Below, in pieces: positions 44,741 to 56,606 of a stretch of DNA of 64,000 nucleotides (positions are counted from its first letter, which is position 1; every line of letters starts with the position of its first letter). The DNA lies in the NCBI RefSeq assembly GCF_001194135.2, contig NC_069005.1, positions 1,424,761-1,488,760 of the forward strand. Reading direction: 5' to 3'. This DNA is from Octopus bimaculoides. Taxonomy: Eukaryota. The notes under the pieces were generated by a model. It was not told the origin of the DNA. It was given only the letters and a program-made list of their open reading frames with translations, and did no database searches. A program made the translations under genes and the position numbers.

Positions 44741-47562
44741 CTCTATCTCTCTATCTCTCTCTCTCTCTTCCTCTCTTTCATTCTATCTCTATCCCTATCA
44801 ATCTATCCGTTTATCTTTTTCTGTCTCTCCGTCATTTTTAATCTCTGCACCCGTCGTCTTCCCCTCCACTTCTCCATCATCGTCTCGCTTCTCATTTCTT
44901 NNNNNNNNNNNNNNNNNNNNNNNNNNNNNNNNNNNNNNNNNNNNNNNNNNNNNNNNNNNNNNNNNNNNNNNNNNNNNNNNNNNNNNNNNNNNNNNNNNNN
45001 NNNNNNNNNNNNNNNNNNNNNNNNNNNNNNNNNNNNNNNNNNNNNNNNNNNNNNNNNNNNNNNNNNNNNNNNNNNNNNNNNNNNNNNNNNNNNNNNNNNN
45101 NNNNNNNNNNNNNNNNNNNNNNNNNNNNNNNNNNNNNNNNNNNNNNNNNNNNNNNNNNNNNNNNNNNNNNNNNNNNNNNNNNNNNNNNNNNNNNNNNNNN
45201 NNNNNNNNNNNNNNNNNNNNNNNNNNNNTATATATATCTTTCTTTCTTTCTTTTCCTTGATATTCCTATTTATCTATCAATCCATCGAACTATCTGCCTC
45301 TTTCTATCTCTCCATCACATTTTATCTTTACATCCAACATCTTTCCCTATTTCTCTGTCATTATCTCCTTTCTCATCTCTTTCTGCTTCACTTCAAATTT
45401 CTCTCTCTTTCTGTCTCTCGCTCGCTTTCTCATTTTCTCTTCGCCTTTTCCTTAACTTTTTTTCTCTGAATCTCCTTTCTTCCTCCCAACAAAACTGTCT
45501 TGCGTTCCTCTTTTCCTCATCTGTCGTCTGCTCAATCTTCTCGCCCCATCACTTCTGTTTCCTTAGCCTTCTGTCTGTCTGCATGTCTGTCTCGCTGTAC
45601 CTTTCTTTCTTCCCCCCTCTTTCTTTCTCTAAAACACACTCTCTCTCTCATCTAACCCTCATTTCTCCCTTTCCAACAAAGGTGAACCGGTACGTGAGAA
45701 ATAATCAACGAGGTGGGGTGGTCATTTTATTTCCAAACTGTTCATCTGTGGTTTGTGTTTGGGAATTGTGTCGTCAACATATTTTTTTCTCCATTTTATA
45801 TTGTGAGAACGGCAACTTCTGGAATGTTCGAGATTCCCATAAAAAGTAAAATTAAATCATAGATACTCTTCAGCATTCTTTCGTTTTTGTTTATATTTAT
45901 ATATATTTGTCTTTTCTTTCATATCTTACCATTTCAAATGTTCCACAAGTCAGCCGGCCGGAGTGAGGTGGAGGAGGGGACGTTGTAGCTTTTTTTTTAT
46001 GTTGCCTTTTTGAAAAAAATTTTCGTATTTTTTCGTTTTTTTTCTTCTCGCCATGATTTATAAATCAATCAAGAAAAGTGTTTTTATATTTGTTTTGTTT
46101 TTGTTTTGGGTTTTCGTTTTGTACTGAATAACCTCGGTTTCCTCTTCCCCAGGCTATTGAATATGCATTGAATAACACACATATTTATATATATTTGTCT
46201 TTTCTTTCATATCTTACCATTTCAAATGTTCCACAAGTCAGCCGGCCGGAGTGAGGTGGAGGAGGGGACGTTGTAGCTTTTTTTTTATGTTNNNNNNNNN
46301 NNNNNNNNNNNNNNNNNNNNNNNNNNNNNNNNNNNNNNNNNNNNNNNNNNNNNNNNNNNNNNNNNNNNNNNNNNNNNNNNNNNNNNNNNNNNNNNNNNNN
46401 NNNNNNNNNNAAATAAAAATTCAGTTCTGCAGGAATTTTGAAGAAATTTTCATTTATACAAGCGCGCACGCACGCACACACGCACACACGCACGCACACA
46501 CGCACGCACGCACGCACACACACACACACACACATACACGCATGAATGTGTGCATATATGTATAGACATACATACATACATACATACATACATACATACG
46601 TATGTATGTGTGTATATATGCTTACACGTATGTGTGTGTATGTATACACACGTATGTGTCTGTTGATGGATAGATAATTAAAATTTACAGAAAAGACGAA
46701 GAGATGTGTGAGAACCACAAGCAGGTGTATTAGTTTTGACGCTCGGGAAGAATGGAAAAGTCTTTGACATTTCGAGCCTCCGTTCTTCGGCAGAGAGGGA
46801 TGAGAGGAAACCAAAATAGAGAGAGAACGAAAACACGGAGAAAAGAACGTCTAACGATTAACATTTCAGCATGATGAGTGTATATATATATATGTATATG
46901 TATGTTTAGTCGCCGACGATCCGACCATTCGACCGGTTCTACTTGGCTGCATGTTACCAGTAGCATTATATTTATATATGCATGCACGAGAAGGGATCCA
47001 CGGTCTTTTTCGAACACTAGGCTCATAAGGCCAGTTTCCCGAATTATGTGGCGTATGCCTGGACGGAACGCCGGTTCGTCGTAGGATAACTCATTTTTGC
47101 CAGCTGAGTGGAAATGGGAAATGATGTGCTTTGCTCAAGAATACAACACATCACCTGGTCCAGGAATCGAAATCACCATCTTATGATCATGAGTACAATC
47201 CCCAAACCACTGTAGCATACCGTAAGTGATTGTACAATCTGTTAGTGAAGAAGACCTGGTCTTTTTTTTAAAGAACATTTGTTGCAGAAACTATCTCCAT
47301 GAGTAATGGATGTTGCAACTTCAAAGGAGCAAATAAACTCAAAAGTTGATTCCACTTTCATATCCTTTGATCAAATGTTGAGCGGAACCAGAAGCCCTTT
47401 GATTTCTTGGGTTTGCTATCGGTAATCCTTTCCATTCCAAACTAGAGGGTCAATCATTCAAGCCCCTCACTCGTTGTTGGTCTTTACATACTTACAGATT
47501 TCTATTCCATGTAAACATTCTCTGAATTTGCTCTCTCATGAATGCTTAAACATTCATGTTTC

Positions 47563-47694
47563 TACAATTCTATATTTAAGAGATGAAGAATTATGTACAT
47601 CATTTACATTATTTACATTTGACGGGCTTATGGCGTAGTGGTTAAGAGCGCAGGCTACTAACCCCAAGAATACGAGTTCGATTCCAGTCAGTGA

Positions 47695-47731
<37 letters not shown>

Positions 47732-47935
47732 CACAACATCGAAAAATACATTGGGAATGAGAACCCAGGTTCGAAATTTCCCCAAGACACCTGATGAAGG
47801 TTGGAGGGTATATCAGCCGAAACGTTGTGTTAACAGCAAACAAGATGAGGACAAATATCCGTCAAATGTAAATCATGTTTGTGTTTCTGTTCTTTCATAT
47901 GTGACACCGGACGAAGATCTTGTTAACCAACAGCA
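47563..47935 (+). mobile_element. Composite element: inverted tail, tRNA-like head, (AAT)n, hammerhead body
   Basis: A box TGGCGTAGTGG 47631-47641, B box GAGTTCGATTCC 47674-47685, (AAT)n ~47699-47730, body homologous to 1020-1095(-); 47563-47625 is the reverse-complemented tail. Confidence 0.75.
47786..47831 (+). ncRNA. Minimal type I hammerhead ribozyme motif (predicted)
   Basis: GACAC CUGAUGA A GGUUG-GAGGGUAUAU-CAGCC GAAAC GUU/GUGUU; helix II retained with a U-G wobble; predicted cut at 47826/47827. Confidence 0.7.
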
Positions 47936-49471
47936 CTAATATTCTTAGCGGACTCAAAGAATTTGAAATTAGCGAACAGCTCTTTCAGAACTTGAATTAA
48001 ATGCTTGCTTTCATAAGTGATTTGAATCTGCATCAACCCAACTATATATTTTTTTTAATTTGGAGGTAGGGTTGAAATTGCAATTAGAAAAGTTACGACA
48101 GACAAGCAGAGACAGACAGACAGGCAGATAGATTGTGAGTGAGTGAGTGAGTGAGTAAGAAAGAGAATGAGAGAAAAGGATAAATTGGACTTGATAAGGC
48201 AAAGCTTTGAATGAGGGGCAGGAAATGGGATAGAAAATTGAAACGAAGATTCGGCACTTTAGGGGAAGCAGAGATAAAACCATAGTTACATACAATGAAG
48301 AAAAAAGGATTGGAGAAGAGAGAATGGGATAGATATACACTCAAGCAAACTTCCTTTAATAGGGTTTATGTGACTATCTTTCATCTCTGCCCTCACTAAC
48401 CCTTAGTAAAACCCTTTCAATTTAAAATTTCTCTGAAATTTATATTTGCAAATTAGAATGAAATGAAATCGTTAAGTGGATGAACCGCAAATTGTCAAAT
48501 TAAAAATAATCACGACACTTCCGATATGATTCATCGATTTCGTTTGTCAAGAAACTTGCCCAATAATTTTATGCCCATACATAAATAAAACTAATTTGTC
48601 TTGTTTGTGACCCTGAGCCGAAAGGGGAGAAACAAATCAGAAAACAAAACAGAAAAAACAATGACATTGAGGAAAAGCTTGTTGGTTTATTTTCGTTTTT
48701 TGTTCGTTTGTGTTTCATTAATTTTTATAATTAGTAATTAACGCTTCTGATCAACTTGTGTCCACATCTGTGCTGCAATTCCCAGGATACGCTGTGCATA
48801 AATAACCCGCCGTGGGAGATAACGTTGTCGTAATTTAATTTATGGACCAATTCAGTTAATAATACAAACAAGTTCGTCGACATCTTTAATTATTCACTGA
48901 AAAACAATGACTCAGTCGGTGTTTTTTCGAATCTTTTTGGTTGTTTCTTTTTTTCCAATGTTTAAAATAATCTTAGAAGCAACAAACAAGGGAAAGTGAC
49001 ATTGTTTTATATGACAACTTGCATACTGTTAGGACGAGCGACGTAAAATAATATTAACAAAGTAAAGCTTACGATACCGGTTTCGATACGAAGATAAGTG
49101 ATCAAATTTCTTCCATTTATCACATAAAAGAAAAAACCAAGATTTTCACCGAGGATTGTTCTTAGTTATTGCATAAATTTATCATCAGCTGATTAATTTA
49201 CAAAAAATTATTTGAAAACTTTTTTTAAATGTTAAATAATTCTTTTTAATATAGGTGCAAGGCTTGACATATCGCGAGGGTGGGGGTGCGTAATTGATTA
49301 CATCGTCCCAGTGCTCGACTGGTACTTATTTTATCGATCCCAAAAAGGACGAAAGTCAAAGTCGATCTCGGTGGAATTTGAACAAAGAGCGCAATGAGCC
49401 GGAAAAAACGGCGCTATGCATTTTGTCCAACGCGCAAGCGTTTCATCCAGATCGCCTCCTTTAATAAATAT

Positions 49472-49499
<28 letters not shown>

Positions 49500-49504
<5 letters not shown>

Positions 49505-50830
49505 TCTTTTATTAGCCACAAAGGTTTACATAAAGTGGTATGACACAAGATAGAAAGCAACTCGTGACGAGACAAAGGGTTTCCAGCGTCTAAACATTTG
49601 AAAACAATAAAAAGATTAAACAAAATAAAACTCCCAACAGGGAAGGCGCTTTAAAGGTCCTCGTGGAAAACCCCACAAAAGCCACGAGTGCCTGATCAAC
49701 AGGGCAAGGGTCCTTCTCCTTTTATTACTTCACAGGTGTACCCTCAGAATTGGTCCTTTCACACTGGCCATTCTTCCAACATCCCCCCACCTTTCAACAA
49801 ACTTGTTACAAGGCAACACTTCTCTCTCCACCAGCAACTTCCGTTTCAAGTGAAACTTGAAAAAGTTGATGAGGGCTTGGCCAAAGAGGAAAGTGTCTGT
49901 CTTTAGCCCTTTCAGACGAGTCCACCATATTACCTCTTTCACTACAGCCACTAGACAAATAAAAACTGCCTGTCCCTCTCGGCCAAAGCAAGGCGGTGGG
50001 ACAATCTTCACTATGGATTCAGCTGATAGCCGGATCCGTCCCACACGCGACAGCAGGTGTTCGACATAAACCCACAGGTCAGCAATACCCGAGCACTGGA
50101 CGACGGCGTGCAGAATGGTTTCATCGCTCTGCACACGCCTCGGGTAGGCCCGGCTGGCGGCACTTCTGTGCCTGTAGAGTTTATCCCGAACAGGCAGCGC
50201 CTCTCGGTAGCCCTGCCAGGCAAGGGATTTCTGGAAATTATCCATAGGCCCAGGCCCTAAAGTTCTCCGAAACAGACCGGTCAGTCGATCCTCGTTAACC
50301 CCTAGAGTTTCTCCGAGAACGTCGTCGCACTTCTCCACTAGCCCTCAATAGAACGCTAGAGTGGAACAACCGCCGACCGCATTGCCCGCCGAGCGGAGAG
50401 TTGTGAGCGCTTGACGGCACTCGAGGTGCCAAGCGCCACCCACCCTCAGTCTACGCTTAATCCAGGATTGCAGCTCAGTCAAAGAGACGAGCTGGATAAA
50501 AGTGATTCTTGCAAACGGCGACCATACCTGCTCGCTGTCAAGGAAATGCTGGAGATGTCGTAGCCTGAACGCATGTCTGTGCATCAGCAACCACGGCATG
50601 CACAGCTCCCTATTCAGTGGCCGTTGACAGCAGATGGAGCGCCTGACCAGTGGAACACGCCCCCTCCACAGAAAGCGAAAGAGTAAGCGCACCAGCTTGG
50701 CCAGCCAGCAAGCTGGGCAAGGGACGACAGTCAGGCGGTAATAGATGACGGATGTGATGTACATATGGGAAAAAATGGAGTCCTGCCACATGAGCAGAAG
50801 GGACGCAAGCGTAAGTGCAGAGGTAGCAAG
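49500..50830 (-). mobile_element. Tx1/L1-clade LINE, 5'-truncated 3' end, degenerate
   Basis: ORFs 50345..50791 (SVIYYRLTVVPCP...LLFRFLWRGRVPLVRR) and 49730..50338 (LAWQGYREALPVRDKLYRH...DETILHAVVQC, zf-RVT-like); 3' AATAAA then (ATT)n tail near 49477-49510. Confidence 0.8.
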
Positions 50831-50992
50831 GATCAGCTCCTGGTATTATAAGTTTGCTTCTCAACCACATAACTTTGGGTTCAATCCCACTGCGTGGCAC
50901 CCTAGGCAAGTGTCTTCTACTATAGCTTCAGGCCGACTGAAGACTTGTGAGTGGATATGATTGACGCAAACTGAAAGAAGTAGTTCTATCTA

Positions 50993-51023
<31 letters not shown>

Positions 51024-51420
51024 NNNNNNNNNNNNNNNNNNNNNNNNNNNNNNNNNNNNNNNNNNNNNNNNNNNNNNNNNNNNNNNNNNNNNNNNNNNNN
51101 NNNNNNNNNNNNNNNNNNNNNNNNNNNNNNNNNNNNNNNNNNNNNNNNNNNNNNNNNNNNNNNNNNNNNNNNNNNNNNNNNNNNNNNNNNNNNNNNNNNN
51201 NNNNNNNNNNNNNNNNNNNNNNNNNNNNNNNNNNNNNNNNNNNNNNNNNNNNNNNNNNNNNNNNNNNNNNNNNNNNNNNNNNNNNNNNNNNNNNNNNNNN
51301 NNNNNNNNNNNNNNNNNNNNNNNNNNNNNNNNNNNNNNNNNNNNNNNNNNNNNNNNNNNNNNNNNNNNNNNNNNNAATAAATAAACAAATAAATAGGAAT
51401 AAATGAGTGAATATAACTCT

Positions 51421-51556
51421 ACTCTTACAGCTGTTTCCACTTTGTGGGTGGGGCAGCATGCCGAAGTTGGCACATCATACGAAGATTATACAAAAATTGT
51501 ACAAAAACTGAACAGAAATTGGTCAAAAATTGAATCCAAAAGCTTCATCAGAAAGT
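51421..51556 (-). ncRNA. Type I hammerhead motif with expanded helix II (predicted)
   Basis: ACUUU CUGAUGA A GCUUUUGG...(~90 nt)...CCACAAAGU G GAAAC AGCU GUA/AGAGU; helix I ACUUU:AGAGU (ACUCU in the sister copy), palindromic helix III ACAGCUGU. Confidence 0.55.
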
Positions 51557-51842
51557 CCATAATGGCAAGAATTAAACAAGTAAAATAAAATAATAAAAAT
51601 ACTAAATAATAGTATAAAATAAATTCCAAGATAATATCCAGAGGTTGTGAGATCACATCTCATTTCAATCTAGTGGGGATGTAGTCTATTAGATTGAAAT
51701 GAGATGTGATCTCACAACCTCTGGATATTATCTTGGAATTTACTTTTTACTATTCTTTAGTATTTTTATTTTATTTTACTTTTTTATTTGTTTAATTCTT
51801 GCTATTATGGACTCTCTGATGAAGCTTTTGGATTCAATTTTT
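51525..51842. repeat. Long imperfect inverted repeat (arms ~51525-51672 and 51690-51842, 17-nt spacer)
   Basis: aaaaattgaatccaaaagcttcatcag...ctcatttcaatcta | gtggggatgtagtctat | tagattgaaatgag...ctgatgaagcttttggattcaattttt. Confidence 0.9.
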
Positions 51843-52582
51843 ATTATTTTATTTTACATGTTTTCTTGTTTAATTCTTGCTGGATACGAACCTCTAACTC
51901 CATGACAAGTTATTTTTTGTGTCGTATCCCTTATTGACTCGGCCATCCATTCATTAAGTCAATCAAACAGATATCACCTCATATTCTTTCCTTACCAAAC
52001 TTCTTCCTATACTTTTTCTTTCCTTCAGTCTTTTCTTTCATTATTGATATCTTTTTGTAAGTCTTTTTTTTAAGGTACAAAACGGCAGATTTTCGCAAAA
52101 AGCCGTCAAGTGTACTCAATGACCCGGCGTGGAGTTTTGTCTGTTTTTTGTTGATATTCCGGATTGGTAGCAAGATTCATTGTGCTCAGGCTGAACATAA
52201 AGTCACTTTGTTCTTTGTTATGGAAACCTGATGAAGAAAATTTTTACACCTGAACAGAAACAACACCAGCAACAACAACAACAACACCAACAACAATGAA
52301 TCTGTTGAGAGTTTTTCATAAAACAACGCCCAAAACAATTTTCCATTTTCTCATTCAACACCGAAGACTGCTTCTCTTCGTTCTTTTCCTTCGTCGCCTT
52401 TCTTTCTTTTTCCATCTCTTTCGTAACCTTTCTTGCTCTTCTCTTCCTTATTTTATATCGTTTTTCACCCTTGTGTTTTTTTTGTTTCTTCTTCTTCCTT
52501 TCCCTATGATTTTGTCGTTCTTCATTCATATCTTACCTTTTTTCCCTTTCTTTCTCAATCTTGCCCCAGCAACAATATATAT

Positions 52583-52622
<40 letters not shown>

Positions 52623-53789
52623 CATATGCATGTATTTATGCACACATATACATACGTTTATATATATATAGATATGTATGTATATATGTATCTACATATA
52701 TGTATGGACATGTACAATTGCACCACCCCCCGCATTCCCCTCCCCCACAAACCAACTCCCAGACCCTAACCCTAACCTATATCCCACCAACACATGCGCT
52801 TTCGCCAGTCCTCTTTCTACTCGCTTCAATAAACACTAATACGTGCACCCCCTCCATTCCTCCGTTCTTGAATCTCTCCCCCACCACCACTCTCTACAAT
52901 GGCAATCCTTCGACTCCCCCTGCGTCACTTCTGTTTCCAGAATTTCAAAATAATCTTTAATATATTTTAATTCTAATCTCCTTTTTTTTCGGAAACAGTT
53001 TGCAAATTCAAGTGATACCAATTGAAAACTGTGCATACTTTGAACTAGCAGGCGCATGGAGTCTTTGGGAGAGAATGCGCGCCGTTTGGGGGCCTCCCAC
53101 TCGACGGCATTATTGTGCTCTCACTGACATGAAGTCCCGCTTTCTAGATCAACTGGTCACAAGTCCTTACTCAATATTCTTCTCGTCATTGCTCATCGTC
53201 TCTTTTTAATCTTTCAAAATCTTATACCAAAATCATTTAAAGCCCCGAGATGTTAAAGCTTGCAGTTAATGTTGTCTCGTTCTAATAATTTTATTGGTAG
53301 TGAAGTTTTTTCTTTTATTCTGCCGCTTGAGTTGATGCTTTAAAAATATTCTTTTTCCTCTCAAGATTTTTAGGCGCGTAGAATCTTCGGCATATTTTTG
53401 GTAATTTCTCCATGAGATGTCTTTGGTGTGTTGTGAACTTAATCGTCATCTTGCATCATATGACAGTGTTTAAATGTCTGATTCTGTGATGCTGATTGTT
53501 TTCCCCTAGTTTCGTTACCGACTTGTTTGCCTTGTCTTATTAGCAAATCCACTGCAGATATTACCCAATTTAGCCAACCTCGTGGCACCCAACATCCAAC
53601 AAATTTCGTTAATGGTATCCATCCGGGTGTCCATATCCACCTACACAAAGTGAAAACTGTGGCTTTCTTCGTTTTACAATCAGAAAGAAACATTTATTCT
53701 GCTCATCTTTCACCTATGAATCCCTGAGAATGTCGTGTAGATGCAATCACTCACTGTATATAGCTTCAGGATGGTGGCCCAGGATGAAG

Positions 53790-54130
53790 GGAGATTGTCA
53801 TTAGCTTTGATTATTGTCTGTTGAACATTTAGCAAATCGAAAGGCCTCTCAAGTTTCTATAAGTGAAAGCAGAATCGAATGCTTTCTTAAAAGCTAATCA
53901 AATTCTTCATTTCGTTGTTCGACATTTGTTTTATTGATTAGGAATTGCTTAACCCATTTTTAAACACGTTCTGTCGTGATTCTGATAATCTTGAGCCGAT
54001 AATTTCAGACAGGCAGTATATATTTTAGACATTAGATTCTTGTCTGAGATTAACCGGCAGCTCTTTGCCTATTAACTGACTTTGTTATTTACTATGGAAC
54101 TTATCCCTTCCAATGCCAGACAGCTTAGTA
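53790..54130 (-). mobile_element. Highly degenerate non-LTR reverse transcriptase fragment
   Basis: Minus-strand frames give VKQFLINK and LAFKKAFDS (RT motif DFKKAFDS), separated by frameshifts and stops. Confidence 0.4.
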
Positions 54131-54479
54131 TATTTATATCCCCACCGAGGAAATGTTTAGGCTAATAAGATACCATCGACAGAAAGTCCGAGTTTGTATC
54201 TCTTCCTGATATTTTTTTGCTGAAATTTTTCTATTACAGTCTCAGGTGATGGAGGGTGCTCTTGGTGTTAAGCAGGGACAGCAATTCTTTTGGATATGTG
54301 TACATATCTATGCCTCCAATAAAATGGCTGTTTGTATGCATGTGTGCGTATATGTATGAGTGTGTATGTGACGTATGAGTGTACGCATGTATGTATGTAC
54401 GTATGTATTTATGTATGCTTGTATGTATGTGTGTGAGATGTACGTATGTATGTATGTATGCATGCATGTATGTATGTGT

Positions 54480-54860
54480 CAAGTCCTCATTAAAGACCTG
54501 TGATATGCAGGACACTGACTGGGAGAACAATGCCTGTCATCGTCACAGATAGAGGAAGCAGGTTAAGGAGGGGATCAACACTTTTGAGAGAGCANNNNNN
54601 NNNNGCCTGTCATCGTCACAGATAGAGGAAGCAGGTTAAGGAGGGGATCAACACTTTTGAGAGAGCACGTATCCAGCGTGAAGAACTTAAGCGAGCTGCT
54701 CGAAAGCGCACGGCTCGTATAGTGAATGGGGAAGCTTCGTCTGCAATGTTGGCAGTCGTGTCTGCTTGTCAAGAGCAGGGCTCCTTAGCCACCAACGGAG
54801 CCGCAAATGCAAAATGTAAGTTAGTACTAGAGCGCACACGAGTGGACGGCCATCATCATG
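54480..54860 (+). mobile_element. RTE (BovB-like) LINE 3' end
   Basis: KSSLKTCDMQDTDWENNA...VKEGINTFERARIQREELKRAARK, then FVCNVGSRVCLSRAGLLSHQRSRKCKM* (degenerate C2H2 finger), and a 3' gacggccatcatcat end. Confidence 0.65.
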
Positions 54861-55945
54861 TATGTATGTATACATATATGTATGCATGTATACATATAGG
54901 TATACATATAGGTATACATATATGGTATTGAAAATATTGTTGGACGTTGGGAAGAAGTTGTAAACAACAAGGGTGAATACATTATTGATTAATTAGTTAT
55001 TTTTTATTAAATAAAAAAAAAAACGGCGGGAACTTAGTTGCCAACCTAATATATATATATATATATATATANNNNNNNNNNNNNNNNNNNNNNNNNNNNN
55101 NNNNNNNNNNNNNNNNNNNNNNNNNNNNNNNNNNNNNNNNNNNNNNNNNNNNNNNNNNNNNNNNNNNNNNNNNNNNNNNNNNNNNNNNNNNNNNNNNNNN
55201 NNNNNNNNNNNNNNNNNNNNNNNNNNNNNNNNNNNNNNNNNNNNNNNNNNNNNNNNNNNNNNNNNNNNNNNNNNNNNNNNNNNNNNNNNNNNNNNNNNNN
55301 NNNNNNNNNNNNNNNNNNNNNNNNNNNNNNNNNNNNNNNNNNNNNNNNNNNNNNNNNNNNNNNNNNNNNNNNNNNNNNNNNNNNNNNNNNNNNNNNNNNN
55401 NNNNNNNNNNNNNNNNNNNNNNNNNTGTATATGTATGTGTGTGTATGTGTATGTATGTGTGTATGTATGTATGTATGTGTGTATGTATGTGTGTATGTAT
55501 GTATATGTGTGTGTATGTATGTATGTATATGTGTGTGTATGTATGTATGTATGTGTATGTGTGTTTATGAGCATGTGTGTATGTATGTATGTATGTGTGT
55601 GTGTGTATGTATGTATATATGCATGTCTATGTGTCTATGCTCTTTGATATTTGTTTTAGATTGAGTCGAGTTCCAGGAATTTTTGTGTGTGTGTGCGTGC
55701 GTGTGTGCATGCGTGTGAATTTGTGTGTACGCGCGTATCTATATATCTATGTATCTATCTAATGTGTGTGTGTGTATACATATATATATATGCATACATA
55801 CATATATATGTGTATTTATACTTAAAGAGTATGTGTGTACATACATTTTTAATACATGTGTATGTGTGTGCTTACTTTGTATGTATGTATGTATGTACGT
55901 ATGAGTATGAGAACGCATACAAATGTATGTAAGTGCATAAACATG

Positions 55946-56001
<56 letters not shown>

Positions 56002-56537
56002 AAAATCTACATACGTTTGAATATTCAAATCTCAGCTTTGATCGTGTATGGATGTGTGCATACAGACGCACACATACATATACACATCCTTATACATACA
56101 TATGCGTATATGTGTATATAGATATAGATAGATACACACACATGGTGAGTGTATGTTGTTGTTGTCGTTGTTGTTGAACATACATATATGCATAAGTATG
56201 AAAGTACGAAGACCTCATTGGGTTTTTTTTTTAAATAATTAGTATTCCGTGTGAATGCGTAATGATGAGAAAATTTTAAAGATTTGCCGACATGTCTTTG
56301 TTAGAGATAGAAATTCGAAGACCTCTCTTCTTTTTCCTCAACATACATATACATACTCATATATATATACATACACATATACATATGTGTCTATGCTGTG
56401 TTCTTTGATATAATCAAGTTTTCATTATACTGCTCGTCAGAAATTTAGTGGCGATATAAATATAACAGTATTTAATTTGAATAGACCAACCTCTTGTTAT
56501 GTCTAATGCGTCTTAATATAATCTTTTACATATATTA

Positions 56538-56606
<69 letters not shown>

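Noticed and set aside
45895-46291. ~105-bp exact duplication (45895-46000 versus 46185-46291)
   Set aside because: The second copy abuts an N gap, so it is most likely an assembly overlap artefact.
47626-47698. Possible tRNA gene (anticodon ACT)
   Set aside because: No proper acceptor stem, and it is embedded in a repeat; it is a SINE head.
49070-49110. Minus-strand ATC GAAAC CG GTA with palindromic ACCGGT
   Set aside because: No recognisable CUGANGA box or helix II.
52228-52265. CTGATGA...GAAAC pair; similar pairs near 3600, 26475 and 56435
   Set aside because: No helix II or helix I pairing; chance matches.
52764-52780. (CCCTAA)2 telomere-like motif
   Set aside because: Only two units, expected by chance.
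54533-54666. 62-bp direct duplication across a 10-N spacer; similar 26-mer array around 4340-4349
   Set aside because: Typical unmerged contig overlap.
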